Part shown: one piece after another, positions 1 through 11,260 of the stretch
How positions within the stretch are numbered: position 1 is the stretch's first letter
How the letters are laid out: each line of letters starts with the position of its first letter
Assembly (NCBI GenBank): GCA_964016885.1
Contig: OZ024740.1
Coordinates: forward strand, 176,638,001 to 176,702,000
Direction: 5' to 3'
Source of the DNA: Eledone cirrhosa
Lineage: Eukaryota
DNA length: 64,000 bases
Translations under genes and position numbers: made by a program
Notes under the pieces: model-generated
What the model was told of the DNA's origin: nothing
Database searches by the model: none
What the model saw: the letters and a program-made list of their open reading frames with translations, nothing else

Positions 1-1859
1 GGCTAGTTGATTTTCGTCGACGCCTAGAGTTTCTCCAAGTACGTCGTCGCCCTTCCCCTCCACTAATCCTCTATAGAACGCGAAGGTGGAGTTTCCACCG
101 ATCACATTGCCCGATTGGTCGAGGGCTGTTAGCGCCTGAAGACATTCCAGTCTCCAAGCGCTCCCTCTCGGTCTTCGCTTGACCCAGGACTGCAGCTCCG
201 TCAAGGAGACGAGCTGGGGAAAGACGTGTCTATCAAACAATGACCACACCTGATCACCGTGGAGGAAGAGGTGGAGATGTCGTAGCCTGAGCGCGTGTCT
301 GCGCATCATCAGCCACGGGATGTCCAGCCCTCCACGTAGCGGATGTTGACAGCAGATGGACCGCCTGACCATCGGAGCGCGTCCCTTCCACAAAAAGCGA
401 AAGAGCAAACGCTCCAGCGCAGTCAGGCGAGGCTTAGGACAAGGTACGACGGTCAGGCGGTAGTAGATGACGGACGCGATGTACGCGTTAGCCACCTCCG
501 CTCGACCTTTCAGGGATAGCTTCCTCTGCGCCCATTTCTCGGTGAGAGAAGCCACCCTGCTCGTCACCTCGTCCCAGTTTTTGTCCGTCTGGAGGTACGG
601 ACCGAACCAGACCCCTAGCAATTTAACCGGTCCGTCCGTCCAGCGCCCGACGTCGCTGTTGGACGGCATGGACCTGCTTCTCCAGGTGCCGATCTGCAGG
701 CCCACTGACTTTTCCTGGTTGATCATTGCTCCTGTCACCGCTTCGTATTCTCTTAGTGTAGTACCAATCGCCTCGATGTGTTTGGCGTTCGACACCACTC
801 CGCATATGCTGACATGGATCTTCCGCATCCTAGTTCGTGCGGGACACCCCTCAACGTCTCCAGTTTGTGCAGTAATAGCTCGAGAGTCAATACGTACAAG
901 AGGGACGAGAGAGGACATCCTTGGCGGACCGAGCGCATGATGTTGAACGGTTCCGAAAGGTGACCGTTCACTCTCACCACAGAGCAGATGTCGCTGTGCA
1001 TGGCAGCGATCCAGCCTCTGAAGACGGGCCCAAATCCGGCCTCCCTCAGGACTGCTGCTAGGTAACGATGGTCGACCCTATCGAAAGCTTTCGACTGATC
1101 TAAATTGATCAAGGACCCACCCGTGCCAGGTTCCCTAGCTACCCTCTCTACGATGTATCGCATGAGGTGGAGGTTGTCGTAGATGGATCTGTCGGGAATC
1201 GCGCACGTCTGCGCCTCTCCCACCAGACCACCAACGACAAGCGCCAACCTCTTTGCTAGCACCCTGGCCAAAATCTTGAAGTCTGTGTTTAGCAGAGTTA
1301 TGGGCCTGAAATTATCTATGTTATCCCTCTTGTTCGGATCCTTTCTCAGCAGCGCCACAGCTCCTCGGCTCACAGAGCTGGAAATTCTCCCGTTCTGTTG
1401 CCAGTTGCAGTAGACGTCCGCCAAGAGGCCTCCGAACAAGTCTGGCATCTGTACGTAAAGTTCATAGAGCAGACCATCCAAACCAGGCGATTTACCCCTT
1501 GTGCAGCCAGTCATTGCCTCCCGCAACACTCCGCCTCAGTGGCTGAGAGCCGCGGCACTCCGTCGAGGTAGACACTAAAGACCATCCCTCGATCCGGCCC
1601 GCCGCTGCCCCCGAACAGCTGTGCGAAGTGTCGCTGAAAAGCTTCACACATTTGCCCGGGATCGAGTAGCATGCGCCCGTCGTGGTCCACCAAAGACCGG
1701 ATCGTGGCTTTGTGGCCACGACGCGCCTCCGCCACTCGGGCCCATTGCACGGCTTTCGTCCCCTCGTGTCTGAGAGCACGCACCCTAGCTCTGACAACGC
1801 AGCCTTCGTGCTTTGCATTGAAGAATTGGTCAAGGGCCAATTTCGCCGCAAGTACGTCG

Positions 1860-1860
<1 letters not shown>
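1..1860 (-). mobile_element. Tx1/L1-clade non-LTR retrotransposon ORF2 fragment (RT region), 5'-truncated and frameshifted; runs off the window start
   Basis: Minus-strand ORFs 1511-1840 and 753-1529 give KSPGLDG, NFRPITLLN, LDQSKAFDRVDH, RQGCPLSS; colinear with ORF2 at 53421-56858; frameshifts near 1530 and 790 (YADD disrupted). Confidence 0.95.
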
Positions 1861-1926
<66 letters not shown>

Positions 1927-1930
1927 AAGG
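1861..1930. repeat. (AAT)n(AGA)n compound microsatellite
   Basis: Direct reading. Confidence 0.95.
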
Positions 1931-2678
1931 AGGATAAATGGTGCTAAATCGAAACCATTAAGTGTAGGAGTCGGACTCCGCCACATGTGCATATTGTGAC
2001 TCCTCCTGTTCATTATTTACATGAACAGTATTGACGTATGCAGCCTGGTTGGAAGTGGTATCATGGCTTGCGGATGTAAAATCAGTTGGCTGAAATTTGC
2101 AGACGAAATGGCTTTACTTAAATCGATAGAAGATGATCTCCGACTTGCACTCGATAGGTTTGTTGCTGAGTGTTGTATGGCTGGAATAATATTCTGTGCC
2201 GCGAAAACTGACACGCTCGTCCTGTCAAGAAAGCCTGAGCATTGCACTACACATGTGAATGGAGTTCCACAGAAGCAGGTAGAGAAATTCAAGTATCTTG
2301 GGCCGTGTTCACAAGTGATAGAAGGCAGGCGGCTGAATTAAGTGCAAGAATTGCAGGAGCTCGTGCAGTAATGTGAAGAAGAGAAGTAGGCGTAAAAGCC
2401 AAACTCGCTATCTTCAATTCGGTATTCGTGCCAAGCCTTAGCTATGCTGTTGAATCTTGGGTAGTGACCGGAATAAGACCCAACAAGGTTGGAGAACATC
2501 CATGAACCTGGCTGGTCGCCCTTGGGGATCCAGCCGGTTCTGTTGGAGACGGTTACTTCTAACAGTCCCCGCTGAAAACTGCGCCCCCCACGACCCGCTC
2601 GGGTATAAGTGGGCGAAGAAGAAGAAGAAGAAGAAGAAGAAGAAGAAGAAGAAGAAGAAGAAGAAGAAGAAGAAGAAG
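1931..2678 (+). mobile_element. RTE-clade LINE 3' fragment with (GAA)n tail, internally deleted
   Basis: Translates GVGLRHMCIL, LKFADEMALL, VEKFKYLG, AKLAIFNS; (GAA)n tail 2615-2678; homologous to 35292-35998. Confidence 0.85.
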
Positions 2679-2951
2679 CCAAACGCCTTAGATGTTTAAT
2701 GTTCCTTCTCAAATTCTCAGTTGACTAGACTTAGAAGGTTTAATATATCTAGAAATATGGCAGTAAATTGATTGAACCATTAAGGCTATCGGACAGCCTC
2801 CTTTGCGATATTCCTTATATCTCTCAGCACTCTGATTTGAAATCCTACCAAGGTAAATTTTGCTTTTCATCTTTCATAATCGATCAACAAAGTCCCAGCG
2901 CGTCATTTCTTCCTCTCTATATTTTTGCTTTTTCCACACTCTCCCTCTTTT

Positions 2952-3040
<89 letters not shown>

Positions 3041-3501
3041 TCTCTCTCTCTCTCTCTCTCCGGAAGAACTCGACTGTGTTCACACCTTTAGAGGTATGAA
3101 CGACATTTGTCACGATGATACCACTACTATTCCACCAAATGAGTCCGTGGATAGATTTATAGAAATAGAGGTATTGTAGCGAATCTCATTATGAATATTA
3201 ACAGCAGGGTTTATAGAAAATACTCCACGTTGCCTTTTTACATTTTAAATACACATACAGTATAGTCTCATATATTTTATATAGAGAGATGAAAAACTTT
3301 CATCTCTCATTTTTCATGTAATAAATATACAAAAAAACTGTATATAATGTATATAGAGTATATAAATATAAAGTATTTCGATAATATTAGTAGATCACAT
3401 TTTTTGGAGTATAAGGCCTATGTAAATGATGTAGATATATGTTTATAGATCTACATACACACACACACACACACACGCACTCTCTCTCTCTCACTATACA
3501 T

Positions 3502-3536
<35 letters not shown>

Positions 3537-3543
<7 letters not shown>

Positions 3544-4044
3544 TTATAAGCTTTCACCGTATTTTAGACTAAAGAAATTTCTAGCCTGATAGTGGGGTTT
3601 ATAATCCTCGGAGAAATGGAAAAAGATGAGTGTTGCCGTACATGGAAGTCGAACCCACATCCTTGGTTATCCAGACCACTGTGCTACCATTACACCAATA
3701 CACATCCCGTCTCTTTCCATTCGAATTAGAAGCTATGAACTTAGCAAGTGAATGATAAACAAGCAAATTATAAATGTAAACATGTAAGTATGTTTTTGAA
3801 ACGGTGCGCGCGTTTGAAAATTAGAAATTAGAAATTATAAGCTTTCACCGTATTTTAGACTAAAGAAATTTCTCCCATGTACGGCAACACTCATCTTTTT
3901 CCATTTCTCCGAGGGTTATAAACCCCACTATCAGGCTAGAAATTTCTCTAAAATACGGTGAAAGCTTATAATTTCTAATTTCTAATTTTCAAACTCGCGC
4001 ACCGTTTCAAAAACATACTTACATGTTTACATTTATAATTTGCT

Positions 4045-4047
<3 letters not shown>
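3537..4047. mobile_element. Non-coding element in (TA)n: 291-bp unit (1.15 copies) joined to an inverted copy with a 69-nt tail; contains a tRNA-like sequence
   Basis: Unit restarts at 3828; 3875-4047 is the reverse complement of 3537-3645 plus 3760-3827; (TA)n on both sides. Confidence 0.8.
3634..3704 (-). pseudogene. tRNA-like sequence (pseudo-tRNA or SINE head)
   Basis: A box TGGTGTAATGG, D stem GTGT/GCAC, anticodon arm TGGT-CTGGATA-ACCA, B box GGTTCGACTTCC, weak acceptor stem, TTTTT about 10 nt downstream. Confidence 0.7.
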
Positions 4048-4079
<32 letters not shown>

Positions 4080-5039
4080 TGTGTGTGTGTGTGTATATAT
4101 ATATTTGTATATATATTACTCTGTATTCCAGCCGACAGGCTGAGGCCATGTTAGGGCATCACCATTGATGCAAAAGGGATTTTCTTTGCTTCTGCACTTA
4201 TTTGCGCTTCGCCTCTGCTGTGGGTTTACATACATTTGTATATACATACATTCAGCAGAATGTATGCATATTCAAATATATAGACACTTCACACACACGT
4301 ATACATATAAAGTTATGTGTGTATGTGTTTGTGTGCGTGCATGCGTGAATTTGAGCGCGTATATTCAACAAAATCAAAACTGTTGTTATACATATAAAAT
4401 GATGAAAAAAGTATTTAACTACTAAATGAGATGAAATCACATTTCAAATACTGAATATTATCAGATATAGAACAGAAGGCATTATTTATATTTTTTAATT
4501 GGATAACAAATTATAGAATGTGTATAAATTATATGGACCGATCCTGTTTTATTTAACTGGTACTTGTTTTATATTTCTTGGAGATTTTAACAGCAAAACT
4601 GTCTCGTTTGGATTCAATTTGACGATACAAATATATAAAATATGATTCTGCAAATCATTCGAAACGTTACTCTAGATTTGTTCCGCTTTCATAAACATGT
4701 TTTTTCCTAATGATGATTTTTGTGTTATTTTATTCGTCACAAGAGCCTAAATCATATAACATAAACATGTCATAAAGAAATGTTACAATGACCAGTGGTG
4801 ACATATACAGTAAAAATGAGATTGGGACAAAACACCGAAAACGTGTTAAAATGGAATAAACTGAGAAAGGTACCAAACTACAATGGACTGAGTAATTAAT
4901 GTGATTTCAAGCTCTCATAGTTCATATTGCACCTCTTACGTGTGATATTTGTTTTCTGTGCAATGTTGGGAATGTTGTTGTCAAGGCTACCATAGAAAAA
5001 TCACACGCAGCCACCCAGGATTCACCGTAGATTCACCAG

Positions 5040-5450
5040 CAACTAATGAAATACTTCCACCTATCCTCCGAGAGGTTTCTTTCTACTTCTGCAGACATTT
5101 ATATATGGGATAGTGACTCTTATTCCATTTGATAACATACCAACGAATTACATGAGACTAACAACCACCGACTTCAATAGAAAGTTCACACAGCATATGA
5201 ACTATTTCAGGTTCGGAGACAAGGACATCACCATCTCTTTGTCATATTTCATTTAGAAGTTCGGGGGTCGTAGAAATGACTTCTCGTTATAGCCTGGTGC
5301 ATCCACCTTAGACTCCCATCTTACTCATTCGGGAGGAACCACTACCGTCTTTGCCCCAGCGAGAAACTGAACCAAATGTAACAACCCTCTATATCGATCA
5401 ATAAGAAAAGTAAACATCACCCCAGAACATCCTCACATTCGACAACCATC
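5040..5450 (+). mobile_element. Decayed Penelope-like element GIY-YIG endonuclease fragment (Neptune-like)
   Basis: NYMRLTTTDFNRKFTQHMNYFRF...SLSYFI*K, then IAWCI...Y...RLCPSEKL...INKKS; resembles the YIGLT..FK.R..H..SF...LS.YIW...I.W.I...C.LC..EK...LNKRSE pattern; stops and frameshifts. Confidence 0.7.
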
Positions 5451-6103
5451 GAAGCGTTATTGATTCTACCTCGTGATCTAGACTGGTCACTGATAACAAG
5501 CCACATGCATTATCCAGTAACAATTAACCGGATGTAAAAGATTATTATGTGCCATATCGACTTAGAGAGCTGTGACTGACTTGCTGCTTGCCTTGGAATT
5601 ACAGGTGTATGAAAATCAAGGAAAAACTCATGAAATCAAATGTTTCTACAAACAATATTTTAATAAAAGAATTAACATCTTTAATATTTTTAGATTATAA
5701 TTTGTTAGCATAATACAATTCATATTCAAATAACAATTTCCATATCTGAAAATAAAAAGAGAACGATTTGATGTTATGTAACTTTGAAGTTACATAACTT
5801 TGAAGTTATGTAACTTTGAAGTAAGCAAGATGATCATTTTTCCAAGTTAGAATAAAATACATATATACATGTTCATACTAGTATAGGTGCTTTGTATTGT
5901 ATTGTTTATTAATATAGGCAAATATACGGATCTAGGTGAGAATCCTGCAAACAAACTCGATGAAAATTTAGTGACTGGACGTATGGTAACCCTAAAATAA
6001 ACCCTATAAGTTTGACGGGTACTATTCTCTTTTTCTCATTATTACACTCTGTCTCCACCTCTCTCTCTTTCTCTCACTCTCCCTCTCTTTCCCTTTCTCT
6101 CTC

Positions 6104-6188
<85 letters not shown>

Positions 6189-6191
<3 letters not shown>

Positions 6192-6600
6192 AAAGTAAGT
6201 CCATAGAATCATTTGATAAAATATATACAGTATTTCTTCTCCCCATCAGCATAATCAACAACATAAAACATCAATTAAACGAGGCTATAAGTTTAAAATG
6301 TACCTATGAGAAATAATAGATAAATAAATGATAGCTATTTTATCCACGATCCACAGCCACAGAATATTTACCTAATATTTCTAATAGGCCGTAGAAATTG
6401 ATTAGACATATAGCCAACCATACACAATTAGGTACAAAATCAAAGTTAGAAGAAAAAATGTACATAAACATACCAAAATTATGTTTCTATCCCCGGAGAT
6501 TTCATTCGCTTTTTGGAAATATACAATCATGGAGAAATCAACGAGTTTCGAAATCATCAGGAAACAAACTCAATTGGACAAAGATTTTGGTAGTACCATG
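6189..6600 (-). mobile_element. (TA)n-inserted family J fragment
   Basis: Homologous to 16140-16626 and 16701-17140 (catagaatca...atcagcataat); CTGATGA-TTTC-GAAAC on the minus strand at 6545-6560. Confidence 0.65.
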
Positions 6601-6647
6601 ACTGAATCTTAACCATCTACTAAGTCAGGGTATGTCATGCATCATCT

Positions 6648-6714
6648 TATTTTATCTGATGAGGACGTACTGTTGAAGATAGCTCAGTACCTCTGAAATA
6701 TGTATAATAAAATA
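6648..6714 (+). ncRNA. Type I hammerhead ribozyme
   Basis: Stem I TATTTTAT/ATAAAATA (8 bp); core CTGATGA 6656-6662; stem II GGAcGTACTG/CAGTACcTCT; GAAA 6695-6698; stem III AT-ATGT-AT; cleavage triplet AUA. Confidence 0.75.
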
Positions 6715-6786
6715 TACTTGATCACACGAATGTCTATCTTTGTTAATATTTTGAATTAATATATACATATATATATATCACAGAAA

Positions 6787-6844
<58 letters not shown>

Positions 6845-6916
6845 TGTATGTATATATATATATATACATACATACTACTGTACGTCTGTATACATATACG
6901 TATGTACGTATACATA

Positions 6917-6958
<42 letters not shown>

Positions 6959-7355
6959 TATGTATACGTACTATATATATAAGTATGTATACGTATGGAT
7001 TCACCGAACATTTATTATAATGCTTATTTATTATGTTTGTTTACAAACACACCGAGCATTATAATAAATGTTCGGTGAATCCATACGTACACATATATAT
7101 GTGTGCATGTATGTATATATATATACAAACTACTGTACATCTGTATACATATATGTATGTACGCATACATACTTATATTTAAGTAACAGCCGTATTAAGA
7201 GTGGGAAATGAAATTTCGTTTCATTTTTTCCGTTTATCGTCGTCGGTGCACCCGGCCGATTAACCCACTCGATATGCAAATTGGGCTACTCAGCCGTTAA
7301 TATGCATAAGGAAAGTATATTCTTTCGGACGTTCAATCATCTGGCAGGATGGTAT

Positions 7356-7398
7356 ACGTTGCTGACGATAGCTAATAAGCTTGAAACTAGTACAGCGT
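7356..7398 (+). ncRNA. Minimal type I hammerhead ribozyme
   Basis: ACGTTG-CTGACGA-T-AGCT aata AGCT-T-GAAAC-TA-GTA|CAGCGT; palindromic ACTAGT in helix III; U-U mismatch closes helix II. Confidence 0.75.
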
Positions 7399-7784
7399 TC
7401 CTTTGTCAGTGTTGGACAAACGAGCAACGGTGGTTGCTAGACACTACGGCTTAATACGAGATGTTTGTTTACAAACACACCGAGCGTTATAATAAATGTT
7501 CAGTGAATCCATACGTACATATATATATGTGTGCATGTATGTATATATATATACATACTACTGTACGTCTGTATACATATATGTATGTACGTATACATAA
7601 TTATATTTAAGTAACAGCCGTACTAAGAGTGGGAAATGAAATTTCGTTTCATTTTTTTCCGTTTATCGTTTTCAGTGCATCCCGCCGATTAACCCACTCG
7701 ATATGCAAATTGGGCTACTCAGCCGTTAATATGCATAAGGAAAGTATATACTTTCGGACGTTCAATCATCTGGCAGGAAGGTAT

Positions 7785-7827
7785 ACGTTGCTGACGATTG
7801 CTAATAAGCTTGGAACTAGTACAGCGT
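7785..7827 (+). ncRNA. Minimal hammerhead, second unit, core mutated (GAAA to GGAA)
   Basis: Same as 7356-7398 with A13G and a helix II mismatch. Confidence 0.6.
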
Positions 7828-8094
7828 TCCTTTGTCAGTGTTGAAAAAAACGAGCAACGGTGGTTGCTAGACACTACGGCTTAATAGGGGATGTTTGTTT
7901 ACAAATACACCGAACATTATAATAAATGTTCGGTGAATCCATACGTACACATATATATATGTGTGCACGTATGTATATATATATACATACTACTGTACGT
8001 CTGTATACATATATGTATGTACGTATACATACTTATATTTAAGTAACAGCCGTACTAAGAGTGGGAAATGAAATTTCGTTTCATTTTTTTCCGG

Positions 8095-8156
<62 letters not shown>

Positions 8157-8401
8157 ATGTGTGTGTATATTTATATATATGATTATGTCATTTATTTTAT
8201 CTGACCTGTTTAGCTTGACTTGTTTTTAGGCTTAGGTGGTTTATGGCTTCTTGACCGCCTTCTCAGTTTGTATGGCCTTTATAACCTATGTTTATTGCTC
8301 TGGTCTTTTAGCCCATGGAGCGCTTGCCAGCATGAATCGGAATTTGCGTTACGTTTCGCTTTTTGTACCCGCCGAAATGCGATTCTCGCTGAATTTATAT
8401 T

Positions 8402-8437
<36 letters not shown>

Positions 8438-8603
8438 GGAAAATGTTTAACCCCGACACCAGAGCTCAAGCCGTTTCGACGGCTATTTCTGTCCAGAAAT
8501 AGCCGTCGAAAAGACTTAAGCTCTGCCGTCGGGGTTAATCATTTTCCTATTACCCAATCTACTACCCTAATTATTGAGTACTCTGGTGCGTTGTGGTCCA
8601 TCG

Positions 8604-8604
<1 letters not shown>
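8438..8604 (+). mobile_element. Family F fold-back element in (TA)n carrying the 3' half of a hammerhead
   Basis: Inverted arms centred at 8492; CGAAAC-GGC..GCC-GTC motif; tail tacccaatctactaccctaa...ggtcca. Confidence 0.8.
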
Positions 8605-8656
<52 letters not shown>

Positions 8657-8824
8657 CCCGTAGAGCAAATATTTATTCAATCTATTCTTATTTTATATAT
8701 ATATATCACTTTTTCGAATATTAATAATAATATTCGATTCGTTTGCATTAATGTAAACAGCCTCTTAAGCCATGTCAGTACAATGACCTCGGATTTCTTG
8801 CTCTTGTGTTGGCATATAAACAGA

Positions 8825-8871
8825 ACGGCAAACACTAATGCTTCTGGGTTCTTACCCTTCATCAGTACCGT
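8825..8871 (-). ncRNA. Type I hammerhead-like fold with A15.1G change
   Basis: ACGGTA-CTGATGA-a-GGGT aaga ACCC-a-GAAG-CA ttag TG-TT|TGCCGT. Confidence 0.6.
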
Positions 8872-8935
8872 ATACTGTTCACCTGCCAACTGCCAGAGCT
8901 AGTGAAAATATGTGATATTTTCTGTAATATACAGT

Positions 8936-9045
8936 GATTGATCGGCCTGATTTGCATATTAGCAGACTGCCTGGTCAGTTGGATCTGCATATTAGCAGAC
9001 CCAATGATCAGCCAGATTTGCATATCAGCAGATAGGCCAGTCAGC
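8936..9045. repeat. 3 x 33-bp degenerate tandem repeat containing AT(T/C)TGCAT
   Basis: gat(t/c)tgcatat(t/c)agcaga at 8949, 8982, 9015. Confidence 0.75.
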
Positions 9046-9319
9046 TTTATGTATACGAGCGATTAATTGCCGGTTTTGCTATAGTCAAATAACTAACAAG
9101 CTCGTATACATAATGCGACATAAAGCGGCTGGCTTAAAATCCCGCCCGCTCCAGAAACGGAACACACAACTTTATTATCATAAGTACAACACCCTAACCA
9201 CTAGGCGTTGTGTCTCCTCCACGATACCATTGTATCCATCCATTTTAAGAAAACTGATTATTCACTTCATTCCTATGTTCATTAGGTCAGCACGATCGTC
9301 TAGGTGAGATCTACAAATA

Positions 9320-10115
9320 TCTATATATATAAAACTAAGGATGCCTGTGTGTGTGTGTGGGAGTGTGTGAGTTTGAATCCCTAAAACTCGAGAACCACCC
9401 AACCGACTGTTTTCAAACTTTACACATGTAATACTTATGTTTCAGGGAGTGTTCTGAGCAAAAAAAAATTTCAAATTTTCAATGCCCAAGGGACTGCATT
9501 AGGCGATTTAGCGATCTCTCTCTATAATTCTTAGTCTTTCTCTTTTGAGATAAATACATACCTATAACGTCGCGCCCTTTACGTCACTTCCCACAATTCC
9601 ATCTACGTCCAGAACGCACCCTTATATTTTTTGATCCCCTGGGCATTAGGTAAAAAACTGCGTTTTTCAGGTTTTAGGTGTTTTTTTGAGGTGTTACGTC
9701 AGACCAATTTCCTTGAAATTGTAATTATGTATTAGTCAGTCTCTTCTTCATACCGTGAGCAAAGAAAATCCAACTTTTTTTATGGCCTAGGGCCCGCTTT
9801 AGGTGAAAAACTTTATTTTTTCAGCTTTTTAGGCCTTTTTTTAGGCGTTACGTCTAGCCAATTTTCCCGAAATTTCAAGGCATATTATGCACATAAAAAA
9901 AAATTCATTTTCTTGATCCCCTAGGGCCCGCATTAGGTGAAAACCTGCATTTTTCCTGCTTCATCGAGGAAAATCTTAAAGATCATCCAGCCATCAGAGT
10001 TTTCGGTTTATTTTCTTTACATATTGTCCAGGCATGCAGTTTTTTCACGATTAGGTTTGTTGGCGGCCCGCGTTCCACAGTACCTTATCCCGTGCACGTC
10101 GCGTACCCCTGCTAG
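9320..10115 (+). mobile_element. Non-autonomous Helitron
   Basis: 5' TCTATATATATAAAA preceded by A; 3' imperfect GC hairpin then CTAG followed by T; internal ~150-bp degenerate repeats (ccctagggc..cattaggtgaaaa). Confidence 0.8.
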
Positions 10116-10164
10116 TATTGTAATAAATATACCAAAATTTTGCCTAGTGGGTCACCACACTGTA

Positions 10165-10387
10165 CTTGTTGTTGTTGTTGTAGTAGTAGTAGTAGTAGTA
10201 GTAGCAGCAGCAGCAGTAGTAACAGTAGCAGTAGCAATAGTAGTAGTAGTAGTAGTAGTTGTAGTAGTAGCAGTAGTAGTAGCAGTAGTAGCAGTAGTAG
10301 TAGCAGCAGCGGTAGTAACAGTAATAGTAGTAGCAGCTGTAGTAGTAGTAGTAGTAGTTGTATCAGCAGTAGTGGTAGCAGCAGCGT

Positions 10388-10422
<35 letters not shown>

Positions 10423-11245
10423 ACAGTAGTAGTAGTAGTATCAGCAGCAGCAGCAGCAGCTGTAGCAGTGGTGGTAGTAGTAGTAGTAGTAGTAGTGGAG
10501 GATGATGTTGGCTGAGATGTCGGCAAAAACACCTGCATTAATGGAAAACGATGCTTCATTCATTAGATGATACTAATGCCATGTTAATAATGGCGACAAT
10601 GGTGGCGGTGACTGTGTTGTTGTGGTGGTGGTGGTGGTGATGGTGGTGGTGGTGGTGGTTATGTTGTTGGTAGTGGTGGTGGTGGTGGTGGTGGTGGTGG
10701 TTGTGTTGTTGTTGTTGGTAGTGGTGGTGGTGGTGGTGGTGGTGGTGGTGGTGGTGGTGGTTATGTTGTTGGTAGTGGTGGTGGTGGTGGTTGTGTTGTT
10801 GTTGTTGGTAGTGGTGGTGGTGGTGGTGGTGGTGGTAGTGTTGTTGTTGTTGTTGGTAGTGGTTGTGCTGTTGTTGTTGGTGGTGGTGGTGGTGGTGGTG
10901 GTGGTGGTTATGTTGTTGGTAGTGGTGGTGGTGGTGGTGGTGGTTGTGTTGTTGTTGTTGGTAGTGGTGGTGGTGGTGGTGGTGGTTGTGGTGTTGTTGT
11001 TGTTGGTGGTGGTGGTTGTGGTGTTGTTGTTGGTGGTGGTGGTGGTTGTGGTGTTGTTGTTGGTGGTGGTGGTTGTGGTGTTGTTGTTGGTGGTGGTGGT
11101 TGTGGTGTTGTTGGTGTTGGTGGTGGTGGTTGTGGTGTTGTTGTTGGTGGTGGTGGTGGTTGTGTTGTTGGTGGTGGTGGCGATAATTGTGGTGGGGATA
11201 ATTGTGGAGCTGATGGAGGTTGTGTTTTGGTGGTGGTGGTAGTAA
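10165..11245. repeat. Long trinucleotide low-complexity tracts (GTA/GCA)n and (GTG/GTT)n
   Basis: Direct reading; source of the poly-V/T/S ORFs. Confidence 0.95.
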
Positions 11246-11260
11246 TTGTGTTGTTGGTGG

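Larger units (their letters stand above)
6954..8096 (+). mobile_element. Retrozyme-like tandem array (~429-bp unit, ~2.5 copies) with short inverted 5' pieces, in (TA)n
   Basis: Units start 7033, 7461, 7891; 6990-7024 is an inverted copy of 7055-7089; hammerhead in each full unit. Confidence 0.85.

Noticed and set aside
467-1865. Plus-strand ORFs over the first LINE, and minus-strand ORFs over 52757-56952
   Set aside because: Antisense shadows of GC-rich retrotransposon coding sequence.
3634-3704. Functional tRNA gene
   Set aside because: Acceptor stem mismatched, pyrimidine at position 37, GGA anticodon with a short variable arm; called tRNA-like only.
6954-8096. CRISPR-like array (also considered for 44514-45856 and 51259-51321)
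   Set aside because: Whole units repeat with no unique spacers, no cas genes, eukaryotic context.
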